DNA of 64,000 bases from Anaerolineae bacterium (GCA_039810085.1 JBDHWG010000002.1:2273-66272), one strand, 5' to 3'. Counted from the stretch's first letter, positions 17,904-28,126 are shown. Notes: generated by a model from the letters alone, not told the origin. Program-made: numbers and translations.

Positions 17904-19157
17904 ATGCTGCAAGGCGCTTGGCAAGTCGCCCGACGTCCGGGTATCGCCGTCCTTCTCGTCGTGATCACCCTGATGTTCGGGGGCTTCTTCATGCTCATTC
18001 CTTTCGTCTCGGTCTACGGGACGCGGGAGCTGGGCCTGACCGCCGCCGCTATCGGCAGCATCCTGGCGATGCGTGTCGTGGTTCAGCAAGGCTTGACGGT
18101 CTTCGGCGGCGCCGTCGCGGACGAGGTCGGCTACAAGCCCGTCCTGGCCCTGGGCATCTTCATCCGCGCCGTCGGCTTCGTCATGTTCGCCTTCGCCCAC
18201 AGCTTCTGGAGCCTGATGCTTGCGGCGTTCGTCGCAGCGCTCGGCGGCGTCCTCTTCGAAGCGACCCATAAGGCAGCGCTTGCGGCGCTTGTTGAACCGA
18301 GCGAGCGCGCCGTCGCCTTCTCCCTTATCGGCACGGCCGGCCGCGTCGGGACAATGCTCGGCCCGCTGGTCGCCGTCGTCTTGCTCCCGATTGGCTTCGC
18401 CACCCTCAGCGTGGCCGCCGCCGGATGCTTCTTCATCTCGTGCGTCGCCATCCTGCTGTTCCTGCCCGCCGTGTATGCCCCCAAAGTCGAGAACCGGCCG
18501 TCCATGCGGGCGATGCTGCGCAAGGTGTGGAGCGACCGGCCCTTCGTTCTATTCACCGGCCTGACCATCGGCTACTGGTTCCTGTTCAACCAGCTCTTTC
18601 TGTCCCTGCCGCTTTACGTGAGTTATGTCACCGGCAGCGATGCCGTTGTCGGGCAGGTCCTCGCCGTCTACTCCGGCTTCGCCCTCATCGCCCAGTATCC
18701 CGTCGTCGCCTGGGCCAGCCGCCGCTTCCCACCCTTCGCCATCATGACCGTCGGCTTCGTGCTGATGGCGGTCGGCATGACGGGCCTGGCGATTCTCCCG
18801 ACGGGTCTCGCGCCGTGGGTCAGCCTGGCCGTTCTCCTGTTCGCCCTGCCGCTGGTGGTCTACACGTTGGGTGACCTCCTCGTGCAGCCGACGATTGCCG
18901 CCATCACGAGCGACATGGCGCGGCCGGAGGCGCTGGGCAGCTACTTCGGCTTCAGCTCCCTCGGCCTGGCTATCGGCGGCGGCCTGGGGAACGCCCTTGG
19001 CGGTGTCCTGTTCGACCAGGCCGTCGCCCTTGGTATCCCCGCCGCGCCTTGGTTGGCCTTTGCCCTGGTCGCCGGCAGCCTGGCCGTTGCGTTCCGCTGG
19101 TTCGGCCGAACCGTGCGCCTTGTGCCCACCCCCTCGCCATCCCAAGGAGTCCCATGA
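17904..19157 (+). CDS. MFS transporter
   Basis: 417-aa protein with about 12 hydrophobic segments. Starts 3 nt after the preceding stop. Confidence 0.8.
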   Translation: MLQGAWQVARRPGIAVLLVVITLMFGGFFMLIPFVSVYGTRELGLTAAAIGSILAMRVVVQQGLTVFGGAVADEVGYKPVLALGIFIRAVGFVMFAFAHSFWSLMLAAFVAALGGVLFEATHKAALAALVEPSERAVAFSLIGTAGRVGTMLGPLVAVVLLPIGFATLSVAAAGCFFISCVAILLFLPAVYAPKVENRPSMRAMLRKVWSDRPFVLFTGLTIGYWFLFNQLFLSLPLYVSYVTGSDAVVGQVLAVYSGFALIAQYPVVAWASRRFPPFAIMTVGFVLMAVGMTGLAILPTGLAPWVSLAVLLFALPLVVYTLGDLLVQPTIAAITSDMARPEALGSYFGFSSLGLAIGGGLGNALGGVLFDQAVALGIPAAPWLAFALVAGSLAVAFRWFGRTVRLVPTPSPSQGVP

Positions 19158-22045
19158 GCATTCCCTCGCGGTCCCACCGGCCGATGTTTCGCCCGCTGTG
19201 GGCAGTCCTGGCCGCCCTTCTCGTTCTCCTGGCCCACGCCGCCACCAGCAGCGCCAGTTTCGCTCCTGACCCGCTCCACCCCGACGCGCCTATCGCCGCC
19301 GATGTCCGCGCCCAGGTTGCGGCCCTGGCAGCGACCGACGCCGATGCGCGCAACGTGAGCGTCATCCTCGAGCTCCAGGGTGCGCCCGTGGTCGAGACCT
19401 ACCTGGCAGCGCAAGCCGTGAGCGCCGCCAAGACTGACGCGGCGGCCGCCCAGCGGGCGCGGCTGGTGCAGATTACGGCGCAGCAAGCCCGCGTCGAAGC
19501 CGAAGCGCAGCGCCTCGGCGCGCCGGTGCTCCAGCGCTATGCTTACGTCCTCAACGGTCTGCTCGTCCACGCTTCGCCCGACCGACTGGCCGACCTGGCG
19601 CGCATCCCCGGCGTCGCCGCTATTCGCTCCGCCCCGGTCTACCGGCCGGCCCTGTCGCATTCCGTACCCTTCATCGGCGCGGACCAGGTGCGGCAGACGC
19701 TCGGCCTGGATGGGCGCGACACGACCATCGCCATTATCGACACCGGCATCGACTACACCCACCGCGACTTCGGCGGGCCGGGCACACCGGACGCCTACGA
19801 CGCCGCCAGCGCCGATCCGACGGTCCTGCCGGCCCCCTACCAGGGCCACACCCTGTTTCCCACGGCCAAGGTCATCGGCGGCTACGACTTCATCGGCGAA
19901 CGCTACGACCCCTACGCCGCCTGCACGCCTCAACGCCAAAGCGCCGGCGATTGCTCCACCGCGCCGGAGCCAGACCCAAACCCGATTGACCTGGGAGGCC
20001 ACGGCACCCACGTCGCGGGCATTGCCGCCGGCTTCGGCGTCCCCAACGACTCGGTCGATGGCTCAATTCCATCGGCGTTTGGCGGTGCGGACGTCTACCA
20101 CGGCGTGGCTCCGGCCGCCCGCCTCTACGCCTACAAGGTCTTCGCGTCCGGCGGCGCGATGTCTGACTTGATTGCCGGTGCAGTGGACCGCGCCATGGAC
20201 CCGAACGGCGACGGCGACATGAGCGACCATGTCTCCGTCATCAACATGTCCCTCGGCGCGCCGTTCAGCGAGAGCGACGTGCTCAGCCAGATGTCGGACC
20301 GGGCGGCGGCCGCTGGCGTCCTCGTCGCCGCCGCGGGCGGCAACGACGGGAACATCCCCTACGTCTCCGGCGAAAGCTCGGCCGGGCGCTTCGGCCTGTC
20401 GGTCGCGTCGAGCTACGCGCCGGGTAGCGTTGCAAGCGCCAATGATTTCGCCGACGTGGTGTCGAGCTTCAGTTCCCGTGGCCCGGATGTGGAAAGCACG
20501 CGCCTGAAACCAGACATCACCGCGCCCGGTTCAGCCATCGTGTCGGCGGGTATGGGCAGCGGTACGGGCGCCGTTACCTTGAGCGGCACGTCCATGGCGA
20601 CGCCCCACATCGCTGGCTCTCTCGCCCTGGTGCGCCAGCTCCACCCGGCCTGGACGACCCAGGAGTTGGCCGCGCTGCTCGCCAACACGGCCAAGCCGGA
20701 CCTCTACCTCGACCCCTCGCACTCACCGTCGTCCCGCGCGCCCATCTCCCGCGTTGGCAGCGGGCGCGTCGACCTCATCCACGCCGCGTCGGTCCAGACG
20801 GTCGCCTACGACCCCGACGGCCTCGGCAGTATCTCCTTCGGCTTCCAGGCCGTCGCGACAGACACGTTCAGCGGGACGCATACTCTGCGCATCGCCAACA
20901 AGTCGAGCGAGACGCGCACCTACGACCTGACGTGGGGCTGGGGCATCACGCCCACCGCCGCCGCCCAGGTCAGCCTGTCCATCGCGCCGCCGACCCTCAC
21001 CCTCGCGCCCGGCGCCACCGCCGACGTCGGCGTCACGCTGAGCCTTCCGGCCAGCGCGCTGCCCGCCTTCCAGCTGAGCGGCTCTGGCATCGGCAGCAGC
21101 GCCGCGCTGAACGCCTCGGAAATCGCGGGCCACATTTATGTCACACAAAACGGCGCAAGCGGCGACGCCCTCCACGTTCCGTTCTACTTCCTGGGTCGGC
21201 GCGCGTCCGATGTCGCCATCGACAAAATGGCGCTCGTTCTCGATGGACGCGGCCCGGCCCACGGTGGCACGGTGACGCTGACCAACACGGCGAGTTACAC
21301 AGGCACGGCCGAGGTCTTCGCCTTCATAGGCAGCGACCCGGCCGAGAGCGGCTCTGCCAGCGCCATCGACGTCCAGCGCGTGGGTGTCCGCGCTCGCAGC
21401 GACCTACTTGATTTCGCCGTCCAGGCATACACGCCCCGCGCCGTTCCGCTGGCCGCCGTCTACATTGTTCACCTGGACACGAACGGCGATGGCGTCGCGG
21501 ATTGGCAGCTCTTCAACTTCGACGACGGCGCCGCCACGACCGGCAGCGTCAGCGGGCGCAATCGGACCTACCTGTGCCCGGAGGGCGCAAAGATTGACAT
21601 CGTTGCCCTCAACTCGCCGCCCCTACCGAGCGGCTGCAAGAGCGAGTTGCCCACCGACTTCACCGCCAACAGCGGCGTGACGATCCTGAGCCTGCGCGCC
21701 GCCGACGCCAGCCTGGGCGGCAGCCGCCCGTTCCGCTTCTACATCACGACGCTGGACTGGGTCAAGGATTACGCCACGTTCTCGGACCGCGTGCCCGATA
21801 GCAGCTGGTACGCCTTCGATCCGGCCCACGTGCGGTTCCAATCGGACAAGACGAGCGTCACCATTCCGCCGCACGCCGCGACGGCCATGCCGGTCTGGTC
21901 GCCCCCACCGCCCGGCGGCTTCACGAGCGCGGGAACGGAGCAAGGGCTACTCATCGTTCACCGCAACAACGCGCCCGGCGCCCGCGAGGTGGACACAATC
22001 GCCATGCAGGTTCCCATGCTATACCTACCGTATTTTAGAAGGTGA
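19154..22045 (+). CDS. Secreted subtilisin-like serine protease (peptidase S8)
   Basis: Catalytic motifs IAIIDTGIDYTH (Asp), GGHGTHVAG (His) and GTSMATPHIAG (Ser). Signal peptide MSIPSRSHRPMFRPLWAVLAALLVLLAHA. ATG at 19154 with AAGGAG upstream, overlapping the MFS stop as ATGA. Confidence 0.85.
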   Translation: MSIPSRSHRPMFRPLWAVLAALLVLLAHAATSSASFAPDPLHPDAPIAADVRAQVAALAATDADARNVSVILELQGAPVVETYLAAQAVSAAKTDAAAAQRARLVQITAQQARVEAEAQRLGAPVLQRYAYVLNGLLVHASPDRLADLARIPGVAAIRSAPVYRPALSHSVPFIGADQVRQTLGLDGRDTTIAIIDTGIDYTHRDFGGPGTPDAYDAASADPTVLPAPYQGHTLFPTAKVIGGYDFIGERYDPYAACTPQRQSAGDCSTAPEPDPNPIDLGGHGTHVAGIAAGFGVPNDSVDGSIPSAFGGADVYHGVAPAARLYAYKVFASGGAMSDLIAGAVDRAMDPNGDGDMSDHVSVINMSLGAPFSESDVLSQMSDRAAAAGVLVAAAGGNDGNIPYVSGESSAGRFGLSVASSYAPGSVASANDFADVVSSFSSRGPDVESTRLKPDITAPGSAIVSAGMGSGTGAVTLSGTSMATPHIAGSLALVRQLHPAWTTQELAALLANTAKPDLYLDPSHSPSSRAPISRVGSGRVDLIHAASVQTVAYDPDGLGSISFGFQAVATDTFSGTHTLRIANKSSETRTYDLTWGWGITPTAAAQVSLSIAPPTLTLAPGATADVGVTLSLPASALPAFQLSGSGIGSSAALNASEIAGHIYVTQNGASGDALHVPFYFLGRRASDVAIDKMALVLDGRGPAHGGTVTLTNTASYTGTAEVFAFIGSDPAESGSASAIDVQRVGVRARSDLLDFAVQAYTPRAVPLAAVYIVHLDTNGDGVADWQLFNFDDGAATTGSVSGRNRTYLCPEGAKIDIVALNSPPLPSGCKSELPTDFTANSGVTILSLRAADASLGGSRPFRFYITTLDWVKDYATFSDRVPDSSWYAFDPAHVRFQSDKTSVTIPPHAATAMPVWSPPPPGGFTSAGTEQGLLIVHRNNAPGAREVDTIAMQVPMLYLPYFRR

Positions 22046-22067
22046 GGAATGCATTCACAGTTCTTTC

Positions 22068-22096
22068 TTGCGCTCGCCCATGAACAGGTGTACAAT
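22068..22096 (+). promoter_or_regulatory. Candidate sigma70-type promoter for the M6 peptidase gene
   Basis: TTGCGC - 17 nt - TACAAT, which implies a 5' UTR of about 200 nt. Confidence 0.4.
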
Positions 22097-22299
22097 CGGC
22101 GCGTCGCTGCCATCCCCTGACCTCATGACCGTCTGCGATGCCATCTCTTAACGACAAAGGAGTCCTGGATGAGTCCCCCCTTCTCTTAAGTCAGCTCTCG
22201 CTTTTCCGTACCCAATCCCTGTCACAACCGAATATCAAGCAGTTCCACAAGCATGTCGACGCCTCTGATCCTTCCGTAAACTAGATTGAGGAGGTCAAT

Positions 22300-25200
22300 G
22301 TGGATCGAAAGTTAAGACGCCTGGCCTGGGCGTGTGTGCTGGCGGGCGCGTTCGTCCTCGTCACGGCGCTCGCCCTCAACCTGGCAACCTCGGCGCTGGC
22401 AAGCAACGCTGACCCAAGCAGCCGAACTGGGCAAACCACCCGCGCCCCCCAGGACCAGGGACCGCAGGGCAAGAAGCCCGGTCAGGGTAAGCCGCATCAG
22501 CCAAACCCGAACCAGCCGGATGCCATCGCAATCACCGATGACATCCGCAACCAGAAACTCCCCTTGAGCACCGAGAGCCTGTCGCCCCTGGACAAGGCGG
22601 CGGCCAAGCCTGAGTACAACGTTGGCGATACACGCCGCTTTGTGATTCTGGACGACTACTTTGGACGCTATCGACTGGCTGACTTCGAGGTGCGGCTAAT
22701 CTCCGACACGGTCGAGGTCTGGGTCCAGAAGGACCTGCGCTTCCGCAATCCCGACCTGACCATCAACCCCATCCACCCGGAAGCCAACCTCATCAAGTAC
22801 GTCGACCAGGCGCGCATCAATTATCTCGCCGCCGAGACGGCGCGCATCATTGCCAAGGATGTGGAGTACTTTGGCGATTACAAGTCGCGGACAGGCGCCC
22901 AAGCTGCCTTGCCAGGGCAAGTTGGCCTGCCCGCGGATTACTACACGGGTCCGGGTAAGCGCGTCATCGTGCTCGTCAGCAACGTCCGTGACGCAAATTA
23001 CTATGACCCGGTGAACAATCCCACTCGAATTGTCGGCTTCTACTCTCCGACCCTGAATGCCTTCGCCGACCGCAACATCATTACCATCGACAGTAGCCGC
23101 TGGAATATCTGGGTCGGGCCACCGCAGTATCAATTCGAGGCCACCATCGCCCATGAGTTCCAGCATCTCATCAACCAGGACTATGACAACGCCGAGCCAT
23201 CCTGGACGAACGAGGGGCGCTCTGAGTACGCCGAGTTCCTGATGGGGTACCGGCCGACACCAGAGGATCACCGCACCACGTGGTCCGACTACCCCGAGAA
23301 CTCACTGACGCTCTGGGGCGACCAGGACAACGACCCCGACCAGCCCGGCTACGAAATTACCGCTGATTACCAGATCGCGTACTGGTTCCAGCTCTACCTG
23401 GCGGGCCGCCTCCAGGCGGCGGGCATCGACACCCAGAACGAGCAGTTCCTCCTGGATGTCTCACGCGTGACAACCGACCCACTGCCGGGCGCAGAGGCGA
23501 TTGACGCGATGCTCCAGCGCGTCGGCGCGCCCTTCCGCTTCCGCCAGCTCTGGCGCGACTTCCGCATCGACATGCTGCACGGCGGGACGAGCGACCAGAC
23601 GGCGTGGGGCAACTACATCTCGCGGCACCAGGGGCTGTCGGGCGTGCCCATCGCGCCGCTCGATCTCGGCCGCCTGCGCCGCAATCTCAACTTCGAGGGT
23701 TACGACCAGCCGGGCGTCGCCGCCGATAGCACGGACTACTTAGAGATTGGATGGTCGCCCGCCATCACCTCCGGTACGTCCGTAAACTTCCAGGGCAATA
23801 ATGCCCCGCTCCCGACCGACTGGCATGTCATCCCCGCCGCGAGTACCGGCATCACGCCGACCCTGGCGTCGGGCAACGTCCTGTACTCCGGCCACACCGA
23901 CCTGACCGACAACTTCCTGGTCTTCAATGTGACGGTGCCGATCACTGGCAACCAAACGCTCGCCTTCGATACGCTGTACAACATCGAGAATCACTGGGAC
24001 TTTGGCTTCGTCCAGGTAACTACGGATACGGTAGGCGCTAAGGGCTTCGTCAGCCTGCCCATCTCTGGCACAACCAGCACGACCGACCCAGATGCCCATC
24101 CGATCATCAAGGCCAACGTTCCCGGCTTCACCGGTGTCAGTAACTCTGAGGACAACCCGGCGTGGGTCCACGTGACCTATAACCTGTCAGCCTACGCGGG
24201 CAAGACCATCCTGCTGGCCTTCCGCTACGCCACCGACTGGGGCACCGGGGGAACGATTGATCCGCCACCCGACGCTGGCTGGTACCTGGACAACATCAAG
24301 ATCGGCGACCAGGCGCTCTACACCGACGAGGCAGCCGTGCCGGCCGGCGCGAAGAGCATCTGGCAGTTGCGCAATATCCGCGGCGCGTTCGACGTCAACT
24401 TCGTCACTTTTCCGGACAAGAATGGCATCGGCATCGGCCACGTCTACACGATGACGCTGGATGCCAACGCCCAGGGCACGTTCAATTTCGGTAGTCTGTT
24501 GAATGACCCAGGCTTCAATGAGGCGGGCGAACGCGTGATTGGCCTGGTCTCGCTCGAAGCCCCGGCTTCCGAATCCGATCTGGTTAGCACGCCGACCACA
24601 GCCTCGAGCTACCGGCTCACCGGACTGCCTCCCTCCGTCTACACGTCCCGCGCGCGTGCCATCGGCACGTCGAGTGACACCAATGTCGGCAGTCCGAAGG
24701 TCTTCCCCGGCGACGCCTTCACGATGACCGTCACGGTGGACGACCTGGGCCGTGCGCCGGACTTGAGCGCCGCCCCAACCCAGGCGTACGTCGCCGTGCC
24801 CGTGCCGCCGCAGACGACGTTCGTCCCCGGCACGCTGCACTCGACCGTGGCGCAAGGCGCGATGACGTACACGACGAGCCTGCACCGCCTGGACGCCGCC
24901 CTGCCGGACGCGCCGGGCGTCTACTGGCACGGGACCGTGACGCGCACCGCCGACCTCGCGTTCCAGCTTCGCGCGACGCAGCCCATCAGCATCGGGACAG
25001 TGCTGACGCCGACGGCCCACATCGCCAACGGCCCGTTCAGCGCCAACCCGTCGCAGTACTTCACCGATTCCCTCAAGGTGACGGTATCGTCGCCATTCGC
25101 CCTGTCCAGCGCCACGGCGTCGCCGTCGGTGCGCTTGGGCAACACGGCGGTCTTCACCTACACGCTCATCAACACCGACGACGCCCCGCGCGATGTCGAC

Positions 25201-25563
25201 ATGCGCGTCCACCTGCCCGATGGCGTCACCCTGGAGCGGGTTGACATCACACAGCAGGACGCCGGCAAGACTGAGCCAAACGCACAAGATCTGACGCTGC
25301 ACTTCACGGTACCGTCGTATATCCAGACGAAGAAGGTCACCGTTGTGAGCCTGACACTGCGAGTCAGCCCCTTCTACGCCGGCCGTACTGTCAACCCGAT
25401 GGTCGAGTTGCTGCAACCCAACAGCAACCTATCCTGGGTGTCGCTGCCACTCGATGTGCCAGGTGGAGCCACAGCCATCACCGGCGTGACCCGCCTGTTC
25501 CTACCGCATATCAGTGTCGGGATGAGCCGCCCAACGCCATCCACGCCAAACGTGAATCCGTAG
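22300..25563 (+). CDS. Secreted zinc metalloprotease, immune inhibitor A-like (peptidase M6) with a repeat-rich C-terminal region
   Basis: HEFQH zinc motif in an M6-like context. N-terminal TM/signal segment. GTG start 5 nt after GAGGAGG. Confidence 0.75.
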   Translation: MDRKLRRLAWACVLAGAFVLVTALALNLATSALASNADPSSRTGQTTRAPQDQGPQGKKPGQGKPHQPNPNQPDAIAITDDIRNQKLPLSTESLSPLDKAAAKPEYNVGDTRRFVILDDYFGRYRLADFEVRLISDTVEVWVQKDLRFRNPDLTINPIHPEANLIKYVDQARINYLAAETARIIAKDVEYFGDYKSRTGAQAALPGQVGLPADYYTGPGKRVIVLVSNVRDANYYDPVNNPTRIVGFYSPTLNAFADRNIITIDSSRWNIWVGPPQYQFEATIAHEFQHLINQDYDNAEPSWTNEGRSEYAEFLMGYRPTPEDHRTTWSDYPENSLTLWGDQDNDPDQPGYEITADYQIAYWFQLYLAGRLQAAGIDTQNEQFLLDVSRVTTDPLPGAEAIDAMLQRVGAPFRFRQLWRDFRIDMLHGGTSDQTAWGNYISRHQGLSGVPIAPLDLGRLRRNLNFEGYDQPGVAADSTDYLEIGWSPAITSGTSVNFQGNNAPLPTDWHVIPAASTGITPTLASGNVLYSGHTDLTDNFLVFNVTVPITGNQTLAFDTLYNIENHWDFGFVQVTTDTVGAKGFVSLPISGTTSTTDPDAHPIIKANVPGFTGVSNSEDNPAWVHVTYNLSAYAGKTILLAFRYATDWGTGGTIDPPPDAGWYLDNIKIGDQALYTDEAAVPAGAKSIWQLRNIRGAFDVNFVTFPDKNGIGIGHVYTMTLDANAQGTFNFGSLLNDPGFNEAGERVIGLVSLEAPASESDLVSTPTTASSYRLTGLPPSVYTSRARAIGTSSDTNVGSPKVFPGDAFTMTVTVDDLGRAPDLSAAPTQAYVAVPVPPQTTFVPGTLHSTVAQGAMTYTTSLHRLDAALPDAPGVYWHGTVTRTADLAFQLRATQPISIGTVLTPTAHIANGPFSANPSQYFTDSLKVTVSSPFALSSATASPSVRLGNTAVFTYTLINTDDAPRDVDMRVHLPDGVTLERVDITQQDAGKTEPNAQDLTLHFTVPSYIQTKKVTVVSLTLRVSPFYAGRTVNPMVELLQPNSNLSWVSLPLDVPGGATAITGVTRLFLPHISVGMSRPTPSTPNVNP

Positions 25564-25595
25564 CCTCACTCGTAGCGCCAACTTCGGTTGACAAG

Positions 25596-25642
25596 AAGCC
25601 CCCGGGAGAGCTTAGCCGCTCCTCCGGGGGCTTTCTTTTTTA
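25596..25642 (+). terminator. Rho-independent terminator after the M6 peptidase gene
   Basis: GAAGCCCCCGG ... CCGGGGGCTT stem followed by TCTTTTTT. Confidence 0.65.
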
Positions 25643-25662
25643 CGAGTGAACCTGTCGACCGC

Positions 25663-26163
25663 TTATGCAGGCGTGGTCTCGGTCTCTAGCTCAGCCAGCA
25701 GGCCACGCAGGTCCAATGGGCGCGTGACCATGTGTATCTCGCCGTTGCGGCGCGGCCAGTCCTTCGGGTCGCGGTCACGGTAGATCTCGATGCCGTTGCC
25801 ATCCGGGTCGCGGAAGTAGATCGCCTCGCTGACGCCGTGGTCCGACGCGCCGTCGATGCGCACCCCGTTCTCCAGGACGCGCTTGAACGTGCGCGCCAGC
25901 TCGCGGCGGTTGGGCAGCAGGATGGCGAGGTGGTAGAGGCCCGTCGTGCCGGGCGCGGGTGGCGGCCCGCCCTGGCTCTCCCACGTGTTCAGACCGATGT
26001 GGTGGTGGTAGCCGCCCGCCGAGAGGAACGCGGCCTGGTTGCCGTAGTACTGCTGGAGCTCGAAGCCCAGGACATCGCGATAGAAGCGCACGGCGCGGTC
26101 GAGGTCGGACACTTTCAGATGCACGTGCCCAATGCGGGTGTCGGGATGAATGCTGTCAGCCAT
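25663..26163 (-). CDS. VOC (glyoxalase/bleomycin-resistance/dioxygenase) family protein
   Basis: 166 aa: IGHVHLKVSDLDRAVRFYRDVLGFEL.., HHIGLN.., YFRDPDGNGIEIY. Confidence 0.8.
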   Translation of the reverse strand: MADSIHPDTRIGHVHLKVSDLDRAVRFYRDVLGFELQQYYGNQAAFLSAGGYHHHIGLNTWESQGGPPPAPGTTGLYHLAILLPNRRELARTFKRVLENGVRIDGASDHGVSEAIYFRDPDGNGIEIYRDRDPKDWPRRNGEIHMVTRPLDLRGLLAELETETTPA

Positions 26164-26178
26164 GATAAACTCTCCTCA

Positions 26179-26703
26179 CTACAGAAGCTTATAGAAGATA
26201 ACTGTCGGGTCGAAGCTGCCGTCGGCGTTGCGGGCGTAGCCGGGGATGCTGCCGAGACGCGTGTAGTCCATCCGCTCGTAGAGCATCTCGGCCGCGTCGC
26301 CCTCCCGCGTGTCGAGGAAGAGGAGCGTCTTGCCCTCGGCGCGCGCCGCATCCTCGACCTGGGTCATGAGCGCCCGCGCGATTCCCTGGCGGCGGCAGGC
26401 CGAGTGAACCAGGAGCTTCTGGACCTCGGCGCGGTGCGCGCCGTTGGGCCGCGTCTCCAACCCTAGCGCGACCGTACCGACGATGCGACCATCGCGCCGT
26501 GCCGTGAGCAGCAGCCGCTCGCCTGCGGGCACCTGCTCGAGGGCCTTGACCCAGTAGCGCCACGCCTCATCGTAGGTCAGGGGCGGCAGGAAGCCGACAG
26601 ACGCGCCGTTGTCGACGCTGTCCCGTAACACGGCAATCAGCTCGTCAATGTCCGCCAGCCCTTGCTCGCGGCTTACGCGTTCGATGACAAGTGGCGCGTC
26701 CAT
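26179..26703 (-). CDS. GNAT family N-acetyltransferase
   Basis: Track ORF trimmed to ATG 26703 (MDAPLVIERV..). Acetyl-CoA motif ACRRQGIARALM. Confidence 0.8.
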   Translation of the reverse strand: MDAPLVIERVSREQGLADIDELIAVLRDSVDNGASVGFLPPLTYDEAWRYWVKALEQVPAGERLLLTARRDGRIVGTVALGLETRPNGAHRAEVQKLLVHSACRRQGIARALMTQVEDAARAEGKTLLFLDTREGDAAEMLYERMDYTRLGSIPGYARNADGSFDPTVIFYKLL

Positions 26704-26713
26704 TGTCTTATTC

Positions 26714-27391
26714 TCACTCCGCGCGGTCAGTAGCGACGGTCGGCTGCTCGCCGAGGAACTCGTACCACTTGGCCTTGGCGCAGGGGTAGTGCTTGGCCGC
26801 CTCGACCAGATCCATGAACGCCACGATGCTCTGCTCGAAGCGGTCGGCGAGCTGCGGGTTGGCAATGCGCCCCTCGGCGTCGAACGCCTGGTGCGCCTGT
26901 GCCAGGGAGAACATCTCCGGGAAAACGCGCGCGCCCAGGTGCTCCAGGGGAACGCGCAGCGCCCACAGGCCGCGGTTGCCGCCGACCATCGACGGCGAGG
27001 CCGACAACAGCATACCGTGCCGGCCGCTAAACGGCTGCGGCTTGGCGCGCGATACCCAGTCGATGGCGTTCTTGAGGACGCCGGGCATCGAGGCATTGTA
27101 TTCTGGCGAGGCGATGACAAAGGCATCATTCGCCTCCAACCGCCTGCGGAACGCCTGCGTACCGGACGGCAGGCCCGCGCTGTTCTCCACGTCTTGGTCG
27201 AATGAGGGGGCATCGAAGTCGGCCATCGAGGCGAAATCGACGATCCCGCCGTGCCGCTCGATCACCTGCGCCGCGAGGCGGGCCAGGCGGACATTCAACG
27301 AATCGTCGCGCAGGGATGCGCCGAATACAAGAAACCGCACCGTCTCACGCGATTGTACACCATTCGAATTATCGGGCCACGCTGACATCAT
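26714..27391 (-). CDS. NADPH-dependent FMN reductase family protein
   Basis: VRFLVFGASLRDDSLNVRLA.., SPEYNASMPGVLKNAIDW. Start at ATGATG 27391 after GGAGG. Confidence 0.8.
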   Translation of the reverse strand: MMSAWPDNSNGVQSRETVRFLVFGASLRDDSLNVRLARLAAQVIERHGGIVDFASMADFDAPSFDQDVENSAGLPSGTQAFRRRLEANDAFVIASPEYNASMPGVLKNAIDWVSRAKPQPFSGRHGMLLSASPSMVGGNRGLWALRVPLEHLGARVFPEMFSLAQAHQAFDAEGRIANPQLADRFEQSIVAFMDLVEAAKHYPCAKAKWYEFLGEQPTVATDRAE

Positions 27392-27529
27392 AACCTCCAC
27401 TGTGTTTAGCTCAGTTACAAGCAAATCGTGTTCCTTGTCTACGCACAGTGTAGGTCCTATGTATCCCGGCGGCTGTCCTCGCGAGTGTCCTTTGATACCT
27501 CCAACGTGAATCCAGGCGAACGTGGCGAC

Positions 27530-28126
27530 TTACTGTAATGAGTACGGCATTGGAAGCCGAAGGTATGAGCCATCCGAGAGGCGCTGGAACTTGTAGAAGA
27601 TATGTCGCTGCTTGCGGTCTGAGATATAGATGAAGCCGTCTTTAGGGGTATGCCGTTCGAGGGGCGCGTCGAGCATGACGAGGATGCCAAACTCACTGCC
27701 GTCGGGTGCGACAATGCTCACCGTCTGGCCGTCAGGCGTCACCGTGAGGGTGCTGCCATTCGGAATGTCCTCGGCCAACGGCAGCAGCTTCTGCTCAATT
27801 TCAGCTTTGAAATCCGGCCACGCCAAGAAGTCGGCGCACCCGTTCTTCGACTCCTGCGCGCACATCCCCGGCCCGCGAGTCTTGTAGGCCGGATACCAGC
27901 GCACCAGTTCCGGCGTCGGGAGCAAGGAGCCTTTGCTCGGGCCAATGCGCGGCTGGGCCGCGACGCCGGTCAAGGCCATCACCGTAACCAGGAAGAGCAA
28001 GATCAGGGAGACCTGGGTCTCCCTTGATCCCCAACTCAGCTTCGTACCCGTCGCCGCGCTCTCCTGGCCCGAAGCCTGCCCGTCCAGGACGGCCGCTGCC
28101 TGCACATGAGTCTCGCGCACTAACAT
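27530..28126 (-). CDS. Hypothetical membrane-anchored/secreted protein
   Basis: Start at ATG 28126 (GGAGAG upstream). One TM segment, VSLILLFLVTVMALTGVAA. The 3' half is visibly lower in GC, with an AT-rich upstream region at 28130..28210. I recognise no family. Confidence 0.5.
   Translation of the reverse strand: MLVRETHVQAAAVLDGQASGQESAATGTKLSWGSRETQVSLILLFLVTVMALTGVAAQPRIGPSKGSLLPTPELVRWYPAYKTRGPGMCAQESKNGCADFLAWPDFKAEIEQKLLPLAEDIPNGSTLTVTPDGQTVSIVAPDGSEFGILVMLDAPLERHTPKDGFIYISDRKQRHIFYKFQRLSDGSYLRLPMPYSLQ

Noticed and set aside
17010-20011. Minus-strand ORFs 17010..18269 and 18941..20011, plus several 100-200-aa ORFs overlapping the phosphoesterase, MFS and S8 genes
   Set aside because: Shadow ORFs. 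The plus-strand genes carry diagnostic catalytic and TM motifs.
22049-22120. 23-codon ORF (MHSQFFLALAHEQVYNRRVAAIP) right after the S8 stop with an SD-like AGGTGAGGA
   Set aside because: It is too short and overlaps the predicted promoter hexamers of the M6 gene. There is no supporting evidence.
24187-25416. 409-aa minus-strand ORF inside the M6 peptidase gene
   Set aside because: Antisense shadow ORF with an Arg/Gly/Val/Asp-rich composition.
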